Positions 56,198 to 64,000 of a stretch of DNA of 64,000 bases are shown here, piece after piece; position 1 is the first letter of the stretch, and each line of letters opens with the position of its first letter. The DNA comes from a bacterium (GTDB lineage Bacteria; Myxococcota; UBA727; JAUIJE01), in assembly GCA_030431455.1 (NCBI GenBank), contig JAUIJE010000003.1, forward strand, positions 264,360 through 328,359, written 5' to 3'. Position numbers and translations under genes: made by a program. The notes beneath the pieces were generated by a model, which did no database searches, was not told the DNA's origin, and saw nothing but the letters and a program-made list of their open reading frames with translations.

Positions 56198-56234
56198 ACT
56201 CACGGCCACGTTCGGCTGCGACCAGGAGCTTTGT

Positions 56235-56969
56235 ATGACCCACATCGTGATCTACGGGGCGACGTCCGCCATCGGCCAGGCCACCGCCCGGGCCTTCGCC
56301 GACGAGGGCGCCCACTTCTTCCTCGTGGGCCGGGACCTCGCCCGCACCGACCAGGTCGCGCAAGACCTGCAGAGCCGCGGGGCCCAAGCCACCGCCTGCG
56401 TGCTCGATGTGCTCGACTTCGATGCCCACCAGGCCACCGTCGAGCAGGCGCGCCAAAGCCTCGGCCAAGTGGACATCGTGCTGTTCTGCCACGGGGTGCT
56501 CGGCGACCAAGCGGAAGCGGAGAAGGACTACGCCGCGGCCGAGCGCATTCTCCAGGTGAACTTCCTGAGCGTGGTCAGCCTCGGCGGGATGTGGGCCAAT
56601 GTCCTTGAAGAACAGGGCCACGGCACCCTCGCCGCGGTGTCGTCGGTGGCCGGGGACCGGGGCCGGCAAAGCAATTACATGTACGGCACCGCCAAAGGCG
56701 CGGTGAGCATCTTCCTGTCCGGTCTGCGCAACCGCCTGTTCAACAAGGGGGTGCACGTGTGCGACATCAAGCCCGGGTTTGTGTCCACCCCGATGACCGC
56801 CCACCTCGACCAAGGCCCGCTGTTCGCCGACGCCGACAAGGTGGGGCGTCAGATCAAAGAAGCGATCCGCGGCCGCAAAGACGAAGCCTACGTGCCCGGC
56901 TTCTGGCGACCGATCATGGGGGCGATCCGGGCCGTGCCCGAACCCCTGTTCAAGCGCATGAAGCTATAG
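56235..56969 (+). CDS. SDR-family oxidoreductase resembling decaprenylphospho-2-keto-pentose reductase (DprE2-like)
   Basis: The Rossmann start IVIYGATSAIGQATARAF and the catalytic YxxxK (YMYGTAKGAV) are present. It is co-linear with my recollection of mycobacterial DprE2, including the short 244-aa length and C-terminal ...PGFWRPIMGAIRAVPEPLFKRMKL. Confidence 0.75.
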   Translation: MTHIVIYGATSAIGQATARAFADEGAHFFLVGRDLARTDQVAQDLQSRGAQATACVLDVLDFDAHQATVEQARQSLGQVDIVLFCHGVLGDQAEAEKDYAAAERILQVNFLSVVSLGGMWANVLEEQGHGTLAAVSSVAGDRGRQSNYMYGTAKGAVSIFLSGLRNRLFNKGVHVCDIKPGFVSTPMTAHLDQGPLFADADKVGRQIKEAIRGRKDEAYVPGFWRPIMGAIRAVPEPLFKRMKL

Positions 56970-56997
56970 CTGCGTCCCGCAACCGGGACCGCGGGGG

Positions 56998-58434
56998 TCA
57001 GGGGCAGTCGGGCTCGGCCGCGCCGAGGTCGAACACCGCGGCCGCGGCCCACTGGGAGGGGTCGAACGCCTCGCCGCTCGACCACACCGCCGGGTCCCGC
57101 TCGAACGTCGCCGATTGGTAGCTCGGGTGGGCCACGCTGCCGTCCGCGGTGCCGTAGGCGTCGCGCACCAGGCCGGTGTCGTCCTCGATGAACAGCCGTT
57201 CGGTGCCGAACAGCTGGGCCGGGGCGTTGTTCATCTCGAGCACGGTGTCGCACAGCGCGGCGGGGTCGGGGACGGCGGACAAAAAGCCCACCGGGTCGGT
57301 GGTGGCGATGAGGCCCCCCCCCGGGGGAATGGTCACCGCGCCCTCGACGATGGTGCTGAACGAGGTGTTGGCCCCGTCGACGATGCGAAAGATCCAGTTC
57401 TGTACGCTGATGGGCGCGTCGCCTTGGTTGACCACGCGGTAGGCGACGATGCCGGTGCCGGTGTCGGTGTGGGCGAGGTACCGCAATGTGATGGGATGGC
57501 CGCCGCCGGAGCAGGCCGCGCCGTCGTCAAAAATGGACGCGCCCTGGTCTTGGGCCTCGCAGGCGCTGTCGAAGGGAATGGTCCCGCCGCATCCGCACAC
57601 CGGCCCCTGCACCGCGGCGAAGCAGCCGTCGTGCTGGGCCGCGCACACCCCGTCGATGCCGCAGGTGCGCGGGGGAAACCGGCAGTACTCGTCGTCGGCG
57701 CAGCCCTCGTTGTCGGTGCACGCCACCGCGTCTCCGCAGGCGCCGTCGACGGCGTCGAACCCCGCGAGGTTGGCATCGAGCTGCGAGCCGTAGGTGCGCC
57801 CGTCGCAACCGCACACCTCTGCGCCACCGAAGGCCAAGGTGTCGTCCACCTCGTTGCAGGTGCCGTTCTCCACCGCGCAGCCGCCGACAAAGCAGAACAG
57901 CCCCACCCCGCAGCCCCCGTCGGACCCGTCGCGCAGACACTCGCTCCCGGCGGCATCGACGCAGCCGTTGCCCACCCCGAGCTGCCCGAGGGTGGCATCG
58001 CAGCGTTGGCCGGGCGCACATTGGAACGCGGGGTTCACGTCGTACAGGCACTCGCCAGTGTCACTGCACACCGCGGTGTGACACCCGAGGTCGGGACAGT
58101 CGCAGGGCGCACAGCCGTCGTCGTCACGGTCCGGGGCCTTGGGGTCACAAAATTGGGTGTCGCCGCACAGGCCGGCCACCGCCTCCTCGACGACGCAGTC
58201 GCCGTTGGGGTCACAAAAGCCCGTGGCCATGCAAGCGAACGGGCAATCGCCGTCGCACGCCCCGTTGTCCGGGAGCTCGTCGACGCAAAAGCCCGCCCCG
58301 AGGTCACACCGGGGGGTCACAAACGGGCAATCGTCGTCGGTGACACAGTCGAACTCCGCCTGCAGAATGTTGACGCACCCGGGCAAACCCGTCGTCACCA
58401 AAAGCCCCATCACCACCAGCCGCCACCGATTCAT
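56998..58434 (-). CDS. Cys-rich lipoprotein with a Kazal-like motif and a C-terminal lamin-tail-like domain
   Basis: Lipobox (LVTTGLPGC), about 60 Cys, and CGCDGRTYGSQ resembling the Kazal core (CGSDGxTY). The C-terminal ~130 aa (GIVAYRVVNQGDAPISVQNWIFRIVDG...) are LTD-like. Confidence 0.6.
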   Translation of the reverse strand: MNRWRLVVMGLLVTTGLPGCVNILQAEFDCVTDDDCPFVTPRCDLGAGFCVDELPDNGACDGDCPFACMATGFCDPNGDCVVEEAVAGLCGDTQFCDPKAPDRDDDGCAPCDCPDLGCHTAVCSDTGECLYDVNPAFQCAPGQRCDATLGQLGVGNGCVDAAGSECLRDGSDGGCGVGLFCFVGGCAVENGTCNEVDDTLAFGGAEVCGCDGRTYGSQLDANLAGFDAVDGACGDAVACTDNEGCADDEYCRFPPRTCGIDGVCAAQHDGCFAAVQGPVCGCGGTIPFDSACEAQDQGASIFDDGAACSGGGHPITLRYLAHTDTGTGIVAYRVVNQGDAPISVQNWIFRIVDGANTSFSTIVEGAVTIPPGGGLIATTDPVGFLSAVPDPAALCDTVLEMNNAPAQLFGTERLFIEDDTGLVRDAYGTADGSVAHPSYQSATFERDPAVWSSGEAFDPSQWAAAAVFDLGAAEPDCP

Positions 58435-58436
58435 GC

Positions 58437-59354
58437 CTATTCACCCATCACGAAGGAAAGGCCCACCAGGCCACCGCCCACGGCCAACCCCCCGCCCAAC
58501 AACACCACCGCCCCCGCGCCGCTCGCCATCGCGCCGATGTAAGCCACATTGGGGGGCAACAAGCGCTGCTCGACCGGACCGAGCTGGGTGTCGAACACGA
58601 ACGCCCCCAGCGCCGCTGCCCCCCCGCCGACCACGCCCACCGCCATCGCGCTGAGCCCGCTGATCAACCACACGTTCAGGCCGCCCCCCCCGCCGGCCGC
58701 GGCCGAGGCGAAGCGCGGGGACGAAGACGAGGGCGGCAACGCCGCGCCCTCGGGCAGCAGCGGGCCGACCAAACGATCGATGCTCGGCTCGACCTCGTGG
58801 GCGAGGTCCTCGATGCGTTCGGTGCGGAGGTCCTCGCGGCCCACCGAGCGGCCGGCCTCCGCGTCGTACAGGTTGAGCTGGACGATGTAGATCGAGCCCA
58901 GACGACCCACTTGGCCAAAGATCACAAAGTCCGCGCCCATCGCCCCGGCGACCTCGGCCAAGCAGCTCGACTCTTCGCAGCCCACCGCCTGGCGTTGGCC
59001 CTCGAGCTCGACCAACCGGGCGATGTCGGCGGCGGTCATCACGTTGAGCTGCGGGTGGCGCGAGAGCGCGTCCGCGACGAGGCCCTCGACCAGCTTGGCC
59101 GGTCCCGATTCGACGTCGATGGCGGTGAGGTTCATCACCAACACCTGGTGGGTCTCGACGGGGGGGGCCGGATCGGGGCCCGCCTCCTCGGCGGGGACCG
59201 GGTCCGCCGCGGGCGCGCGCTCGTCGTCGTCGGGCGCGGCGGGGGTCCCTTCGTCCGCGGCCGCCGCGGGCTCGGCCGCCTCGGTGGCCCCCGCGGGCGC
59301 GTCATCGACCCAGCCCGCGCTCAACAACAGCGCGGCGCACATTGCCCAGCTCAT
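58437..59354 (-). CDS. Hypothetical secreted protein or lipoprotein with a C-terminal Gly/Ala-rich membrane anchor
   Basis: Start MSWAMCAALLLSAGW, an acidic Pro/Ala-rich region, a globular middle (LVELEGQRQAVGCEESSCLAEVAGAMGADFVIFGQVGRLGSIYIVQLNLYD), and a C-terminal GGGAAALGAFVF...GGGLVGLSFVMGE hydrophobic helix. Its stop abuts the downstream gene start. Confidence 0.5.
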   Translation of the reverse strand: MSWAMCAALLLSAGWVDDAPAGATEAAEPAAAADEGTPAAPDDDERAPAADPVPAEEAGPDPAPPVETHQVLVMNLTAIDVESGPAKLVEGLVADALSRHPQLNVMTAADIARLVELEGQRQAVGCEESSCLAEVAGAMGADFVIFGQVGRLGSIYIVQLNLYDAEAGRSVGREDLRTERIEDLAHEVEPSIDRLVGPLLPEGAALPPSSSSPRFASAAAGGGGGLNVWLISGLSAMAVGVVGGGAAALGAFVFDTQLGPVEQRLLPPNVAYIGAMASGAGAVVLLGGGLAVGGGLVGLSFVMGE

Positions 59355-59499
59355 CCAGCCTCCCGGGCCAAAACCTACCACGCGCGTCGAGCACCGCACG
59401 ATTTTGACCCCTTTGCGCCGCGGTGGTTCACGCCGTGCCATTTCCGCAGGGCCGATCCCGCGCGCGCCCGCGTTTCGCCCCACACGAGGAGGAGCGCGG

Positions 59500-60846
59500 A
59501 TGATGCGGGCACAGTGGGTTTTGGTGGCGGTGGTCGTGGCGGTGGCGCCGGTCGTCGGGTGCGCGGGCGCGGCCGCGGGCAACGGCGACGGCGACGGGGA
59601 TGGCGACGGAGACTGGCCGCCTGACGGCGGCTTGGAAGAACCGTCGGACGGCGGAGCCGCCGACTCCGGTTCTTCAGGCGACGGCGACGGCGATGGCGAT
59701 GGCGATGGCGATGGCGACGGAGACGGAAGCTGCGCGGGCCGGTGCGGGGCGCCGTTCGATGACGCCGCCCTGTGTCAGTGCAACCCCGGTTGCGCCGGCT
59801 TTGGCGACTGTTGCGATGACCACGCGGCGCTGTGTGGCGGCGGAGACTGGCCGCCTGACGGCGGCTTGGAAGAACCGTCGGACGGCGGAGCCGCCGACTC
59901 CGGTTCTTCAGGCGACGGGGACGGGGACGGCGACACCAGCTGTGCGGGCCGGTGCGGGGACAGCTACGATCCGGCCCTCGCGTGCCAATGCAACCCCGCC
60001 TGCGCCGACTTCGGCAACTGCTGCGACGACTATGCGCCGCTGTGCACAGATTCGACCGCGTCCTGTGCCGGCCGGTGCGGGGACAGCTACGATCCGGCCC
60101 TCGCCTGCCAATGCAACCCCGCCTGCGCCGACTTCGGAAACTGCTGCGATGACTACGACACCCAGTGCACGGCGCCGGGGCCCGAATGCGGGGCGCCCTT
60201 GCTGGTCCAGGGCCAGGTCCACACCAGCATCGCGGACCTGGCCGTGAGCAACGGCGCCCTGTCCGGCTACGACGTGGTGCACAAGATCGACATCGACCCG
60301 GTGGAGGACGGCTGCGTGGGCGAGGTCAGGCTCGCGGTGCAGTTTCATCCCCAGGGGTGCTTGCTCAGTCTGGACTTTTTTGTGGACAGCGGCGGCAACG
60401 GCTACCTCGACGACATCTTCCTCGACGCGGACAGCTTCTGCCCCGGCTTCCTAGACGCCCAAGAGGGCACGTACCATTTGGCCTACGAAGGCAACTACGG
60501 CAACGGTTTTGCCCGCCAGGTCGCGCTGTGGCCGACGGGGCTGCCCGCGACGGTGCCCGACGCGCAGGCCGACGCGTCCTGCCTCGCGGACGTGGTGGTG
60601 GGTTTTCCCGACCTGGACCTGCCCTTGGCGCGCGACGCCAGCGACGCCATCTTGTGGACCAACCTGCACGACCTCACCTTGTCCGGCGGGCTTGTCACCG
60701 AAGGGGACCAAAGCGCCCACTGCCGCCAAGCCACCGCGTGTCCGGCCGGGACCGTCGACGGGGGCCAGGCGATGTGCTTCTCCCCGCCCTACTGCGACAG
60801 CGGGTTTGTGTACGACTACGCGACCGCGACCTGCGGGCCGAGCTGA
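59500..60846 (+). CDS. Lipoprotein with (Gly-Asp)n linkers, three tandem somatomedin-B-like domains and a C-terminal domain of unknown function
   Basis: AGGAGG RBS 8 nt upstream and a lipobox (VVGCAG). Three copies of C-x-GRCG-x8-10-CQCNP-x-C-x2-FG-x-CCDDY-x3-C, which is the 8-Cys somatomedin-B pattern. Confidence 0.7.
   Translation: MMRAQWVLVAVVVAVAPVVGCAGAAAGNGDGDGDGDGDWPPDGGLEEPSDGGAADSGSSGDGDGDGDGDGDGDGDGSCAGRCGAPFDDAALCQCNPGCAGFGDCCDDHAALCGGGDWPPDGGLEEPSDGGAADSGSSGDGDGDGDTSCAGRCGDSYDPALACQCNPACADFGNCCDDYAPLCTDSTASCAGRCGDSYDPALACQCNPACADFGNCCDDYDTQCTAPGPECGAPLLVQGQVHTSIADLAVSNGALSGYDVVHKIDIDPVEDGCVGEVRLAVQFHPQGCLLSLDFFVDSGGNGYLDDIFLDADSFCPGFLDAQEGTYHLAYEGNYGNGFARQVALWPTGLPATVPDAQADASCLADVVVGFPDLDLPLARDASDAILWTNLHDLTLSGGLVTEGDQSAHCRQATACPAGTVDGGQAMCFSPPYCDSGFVYDYATATCGPS
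59608..59685 (+). repeat. Perfect 78-bp direct repeat inside the CDS, copy 1 (copy 2 at 59843-59920), encoding DWPPDGGLEEPSDGGAADSGSSGDG
   Basis: ggagactggccgcctgacggcggcttggaagaaccgtcggacggcggagccgccgactccggttcttcaggcgacgg occurs twice, 235 bp apart, each followed by GD repeats and an SMB module. Confidence 0.85.
59940..60165 (+). repeat. Near-identical ~105-bp tandem duplication encoding SMB-like domains 2 and 3
   Basis: The DNA encoding CAGRCGDSYDPALACQCNPACADFGNCCDDY is repeated with only a few substitutions. Confidence 0.8.
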
Positions 60847-61113
60847 CCGCGTCGCGCCTGCATTGGCATTGTCAAGGCCGCGGCGATGGCCGGGACGCGC
60901 CCGGCCCGGTTCCGCCCCCCGGCGATCGCCGCCGCTAACACGGCGCGTTGTGACAAAAGACCGCATTGCTGCGCGTTTCTCGACGACACTTGCGCCCCCC
61001 CAGGGCCCAACGATACAACGTCGGTCACGGTCCCCGACCATGCACGCCCCCCTCCGCTCCTGCCTTGTGCGCTGCCCCCGCTGGTTCTGGGCCGCCGGGG
61101 GGAGGGCCCGGGG

Positions 61114-62703
61114 ATGACCCGCCACCAAGCAACGCGCGGCGCCGCCCTGGTGGGGTTGGCGGTGGCCCCGTCGTCCGTGCTCGCGGCGGGGGCGTGGTTG
61201 TCGGTGTGGCCGGCGGTGCCGCGCGCCCTCGGGCTGCTGGGCTTGATGGTGCTCGGGCTCGCCCTCACCGCGCTGCCGGTTCTCGTCGGGGGCGCGGGGC
61301 CGCTGCGCCGTCTCTACAATGCCCATGCAAGCGCGTGGCGGGCCCTGGGCCTCGGGATCTGGCTCGCGCTCATCGCCCTCGCCGGCCACTGGGCCGGGCC
61401 CGAGGACGTGACCGCCGACGTCAAGGTGCGGGCGGCGACCGGCGCGGTGTTCGCCAGCGTGGCCGACCGCGTCGACGCCGACCAGTTCGCCCACGCCCTT
61501 TTGTACGCGGACAGCCGCGGCCAGGCCCGGCTCGCGGGGGTGGACGCCTTTTACGATCCCGGGCTCGGCCGGCTCCTGCCCCGCCGGGCCGCGGTGGAGC
61601 GCGAACCGGCGGTGACCGGCGCGCCCGATGACCCCGCCCTCCGCGCCGCCGCCGCCCGGCTTGCAGAATCATTGTCAACCACCGAGACCGCGGCCGCCTT
61701 CGCCACCCCGCCGCCCCGGATCGCGCCCCTGCGGCTGTGGGTGATGCACGAGGTCGACGCCCGGTTTGCCCCCACCGCGGCGACGTGGCGGGCCCTGGAC
61801 TTTGTCGCCGCCGGCTTGTGCGCGCTCGCCTTGGCGTGGGCGTTTTCTCCGTCGGTGGCGTGGCTCGGGTTGTTGTTCCTGCTCGCGGGCCTCGGCGCGC
61901 TGCGCTTCGCCGCCCCCGGGCTCACCCTCGACGGGGTGTGCGCGCTGGTGGGGGCGCTTTGTTTTCTGCGGCGGGGGCACGGCGCCGCCGCCGGCGTGTG
62001 TCTGGCCGCGGGGGTGCTGCTCGATCCGGTGGCGGGCTGGTTTGTGGTGCCGGTGGCGGTGGCGCGGGCGGCCCGGCGGGGACACCCAGGCACATTGGCC
62101 CGGGTGGGCCCGGCCGCGCTCATCACCCTCGTCGGGTTGTGGGGGGTGTGCGCGGCCGGGCTCGGGCCCGGCCACGCCAAGGCGGCCCTGGGGGGCGCCT
62201 ACGCGTCGCTGGTCGCGCCGGAGACCACGGGGTGGGGTCTGGGCGGCCTGGTCGGCAGCGGCCCGTACGGCCTCTTGGGGCCCGCCCAGCGGGCATTGGC
62301 GCTCTTGAGCGTGACCCTGGTGTGGGTCTACGGGTGGCGCACCCGGCGACCGGCGTGGCAGACGATGTGGCTCGGCTGGTTGCCGCTGTTCGCGTTTTCC
62401 GCGGTCAGCCTCGACGATCTCGCGTTCCGGGTGTTGTTCCTCGCGCCCTGGGCCGCCTCCTTGCGCACCCCCGGCCGGGTGTGGATGGGGGTGGTGCTGC
62501 TGTTGCCGGAGCTTCTTTCCTACGCGCCCGGGGCGGCCTCTGGCCTCTCTGCGCTCGACCCGGGCTGGGCCCTGTTGCTGTTGTGGCTCGTGGCGGCCGG
62601 ACCCGTGGCCGCGGCCGCGCTGCAGCGACGGTATTGGGCGCGGCCGCACCGCATCGCCGAACGCAGCCGCAAAATCATGTCCGCGCCCGGCGGCGGCCCC
62701 TGA
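61114..62703 (+). CDS. Polytopic integral membrane protein of unknown function
   Basis: Start MTRHQATRGAALVGLAVAP, about 530 aa with 10-12 predicted transmembrane helices rich in Leu/Ala/Gly/Trp. The stop overlaps the Nudix start (TGATG). Confidence 0.55.
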   Translation: MTRHQATRGAALVGLAVAPSSVLAAGAWLSVWPAVPRALGLLGLMVLGLALTALPVLVGGAGPLRRLYNAHASAWRALGLGIWLALIALAGHWAGPEDVTADVKVRAATGAVFASVADRVDADQFAHALLYADSRGQARLAGVDAFYDPGLGRLLPRRAAVEREPAVTGAPDDPALRAAAARLAESLSTTETAAAFATPPPRIAPLRLWVMHEVDARFAPTAATWRALDFVAAGLCALALAWAFSPSVAWLGLLFLLAGLGALRFAAPGLTLDGVCALVGALCFLRRGHGAAAGVCLAAGVLLDPVAGWFVVPVAVARAARRGHPGTLARVGPAALITLVGLWGVCAAGLGPGHAKAALGGAYASLVAPETTGWGLGGLVGSGPYGLLGPAQRALALLSVTLVWVYGWRTRRPAWQTMWLGWLPLFAFSAVSLDDLAFRVLFLAPWAASLRTPGRVWMGVVLLLPELLSYAPGAASGLSALDPGWALLLLWLVAAGPVAAAALQRRYWARPHRIAERSRKIMSAPGGGP

Positions 62704-63173
62704 TGGCCAAGCGCAGCGCGGGCCTGCTGCTGTACCGCCGACGCGACGAGCTCGAGGTGTTGCTCGCCCACCCCGGGGGGCCGTTCTTTGCCAAAAAGGA
62801 CGCCGGGGCGTGGACGGTGTTCAAGGGCGAGCTCGACGAGGGCGAGGACCCGTGGGCGTGCGCGCGCCGTGAGTTCGAAGAAGAGAGCGGACACCCCGCG
62901 CCCGACGCAGTCCCATTGGATCTGGGCGAGATCAAGCAAAAAGGGGGCAAGGTGGTGCGCGCGTTCGCGGTGCCGGGCGATTTCGATCCAAACACATTGT
63001 CGAGCAACACCTTCGAGATGGCCTGGCCCCCGCGCTCGGGGAAGATCCAGTCGTTCCCCGAGGTGGATCGGGCCGCGTGGTTCTCGCTCGGGGCGGCCGC
63101 GGACAAGATCAACCCTGCCCAGGTGCCGTTTTTGGACCGGTTGCGGGAGCGGGTCGACGTCGACGACGGGTGA
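62703..63173 (+). CDS. NUDIX hydrolase
   Basis: MAKRSAGLLLYRR...GGPFFAKKDAGAWTVFKGELDEGEDPWACARREFEEESG contains the Nudix box (G-x5-E-x7-REFEEESG); about 155 aa. Confidence 0.8.
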   Translation: MAKRSAGLLLYRRRDELEVLLAHPGGPFFAKKDAGAWTVFKGELDEGEDPWACARREFEEESGHPAPDAVPLDLGEIKQKGGKVVRAFAVPGDFDPNTLSSNTFEMAWPPRSGKIQSFPEVDRAAWFSLGAAADKINPAQVPFLDRLRERVDVDDG

Positions 63174-63197
63174 CCGGGATGCGGCGCCGCGCGTGGG

Positions 63198-64000
63198 TCA
63201 CAAACAGATGCAGTCACCGCCGATGCACTTGCCCCCGTAGGTGCCGCACTGCTGGTTGCAGGTCGACAACGTACAGTCCCCACTGGGCGGGGGCGGCGGC
63301 GGCGGTGGCGGCGAGAACACCAACGACACCCCCAGGGCCTCGTCGACGTACTGGACCGCCGAGAACACGTCCCGGTTTTTGAACCACGCCCACTGGTAAC
63401 CGGAGTGCACCCCAAACAGTTTGCTCCCGGCAAACCACGGCCCCCCGCTGTCCCCGGGATCGGCGTACTCGTTCTTCATGCTCACCAACCGGTGGTATCC
63501 CTGGGACGACGTGTTCGTCTTCCGCACTTCGTCGCAGCGCTTTCCGGTGGTCTTGCCCAACCGGCACAATGTCATTCCTTCCACCGCGAACCCGAGACTG
63601 CTGGCCGGCCGGGTGTGGTTGACATTGTCGTAGAAGTCGCTGGACAGCGTGTTGCCGTTGTTGGTGTGCCACTGGAGGTCGCCCCACATGCCCTTGTGTT
63701 CCGCCTTGAACGTCGCGTGGCCCCCTTCCCCGCCGGCCCAGTTCTGCTGCCACTCGGTGCTGTTGGGGCAATGCCCGGCGGTGAGGTAGCCCTGGCTGGC
63801 CCCCTTCTTCACCATGAACGCGGCGGTGCAGGCGAGCATCTTCCCGCCCCCGTAGAGCGCCTCGCGACCGGCGGGAAGCTCTTGTGTCAAAGCCACCCGC
63901 ACGTTGTCCCCGAGCGCGGGCACCGTGCGCAAAAGCTCGTCCCGCGGCACCCGGCGCCCCGCCTTGCTTGGCACCATTTCGACCTCGACGTCGCCGGTCT
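63198..64000 (-). CDS. S1E (streptogrisin/alpha-lytic protease) family serine protease with a C-terminal Pro9 linker and small Cys-rich domain; 5' end outside the window (partial)
   Basis: The mature-domain start LYGGGKMLACTAAFMV...YLTAGHC fits the streptogrisin pattern (GG...C..GF.V...Y.LTAGHC), and GDSGGPWF is the catalytic Ser motif. Only ~37 aa lie upstream of the mature domain in-window, so the signal and pro-region are beyond the edge. C-terminal PPPPPPPPP then GDCTLSTCNQQCGTYGGKCIGGDCICL. Confidence 0.8.
   Translation of the reverse strand, partial: TGDVEVEMVPSKAGRRVPRDELLRTVPALGDNVRVALTQELPAGREALYGGGKMLACTAAFMVKKGASQGYLTAGHCPNSTEWQQNWAGGEGGHATFKAEHKGMWGDLQWHTNNGNTLSSDFYDNVNHTRPASSLGFAVEGMTLCRLGKTTGKRCDEVRKTNTSSQGYHRLVSMKNEYADPGDSGGPWFAGSKLFGVHSGYQWAWFKNRDVFSAVQYVDEALGVSLVFSPPPPPPPPPSGDCTLSTCNQQCGTYGGKCIGGDCICL

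Noticed and set aside
1-64000. Search for tRNA, rRNA, CRISPR arrays, IS elements, integrases or prophage genes
   Set aside because: No cloverleaf-compatible conserved tRNA boxes were seen in intergenic spaces, no regularly spaced direct repeats with unique spacers, and no transposase or integrase-like ORFs. The only repeats are the coding (GD)n, SMB and linker duplications and two short intergenic repeat families.

Overview
The window is high-GC (roughly 70%) and gene-dense, and looks like myxobacterial chromosome: two proteins end in MYXO-CTERM-type sorting tails. Translation and metabolism genes are scattered through it, among them rpsB-tsf, rpmB, a bifunctional aspartokinase/homoserine dehydrogenase, an HTH-fused shikimate kinase, and yaaA. 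Between them sit many lipoproteins and secreted Cys-rich proteins, including S8, S1E, S15 and M1-like peptidases, FG-GAP/CRTAC1-like proteins, an erythromycin-esterase homolog and an oligopeptide-type substrate-binding protein. I found no rRNA, tRNA, CRISPR array, transposase or integrase. Coordinates are anchored to the supplied ORF track and include the stop codon. Many long ORFs on the opposite strand of real genes are Arg/Gly/Pro-rich antisense artefacts typical of high-GC DNA and were rejected. The items most worth follow-up are:
- a SelW/Rdx-family selenoprotein gene with an in-frame TGA and a downstream hairpin;
- a HAD-UbiA fusion next to a DprE2-like short-chain reductase, which suggests polyprenyl-phospho-pentose donor synthesis;
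- a lipoprotein with three eukaryote-like somatomedin-B domains and (Gly-Asp)n repeats;
- three tandem glycine-zipper membrane paralogs;
- two tandem single-pass paralogs converging on a 1221-aa zinc-ribbon/HEAT/beta-propeller protein downstream of an orphan substrate-binding protein;
- tandem repeats plus a G-quadruplex motif in the rpmB divergent promoter region.
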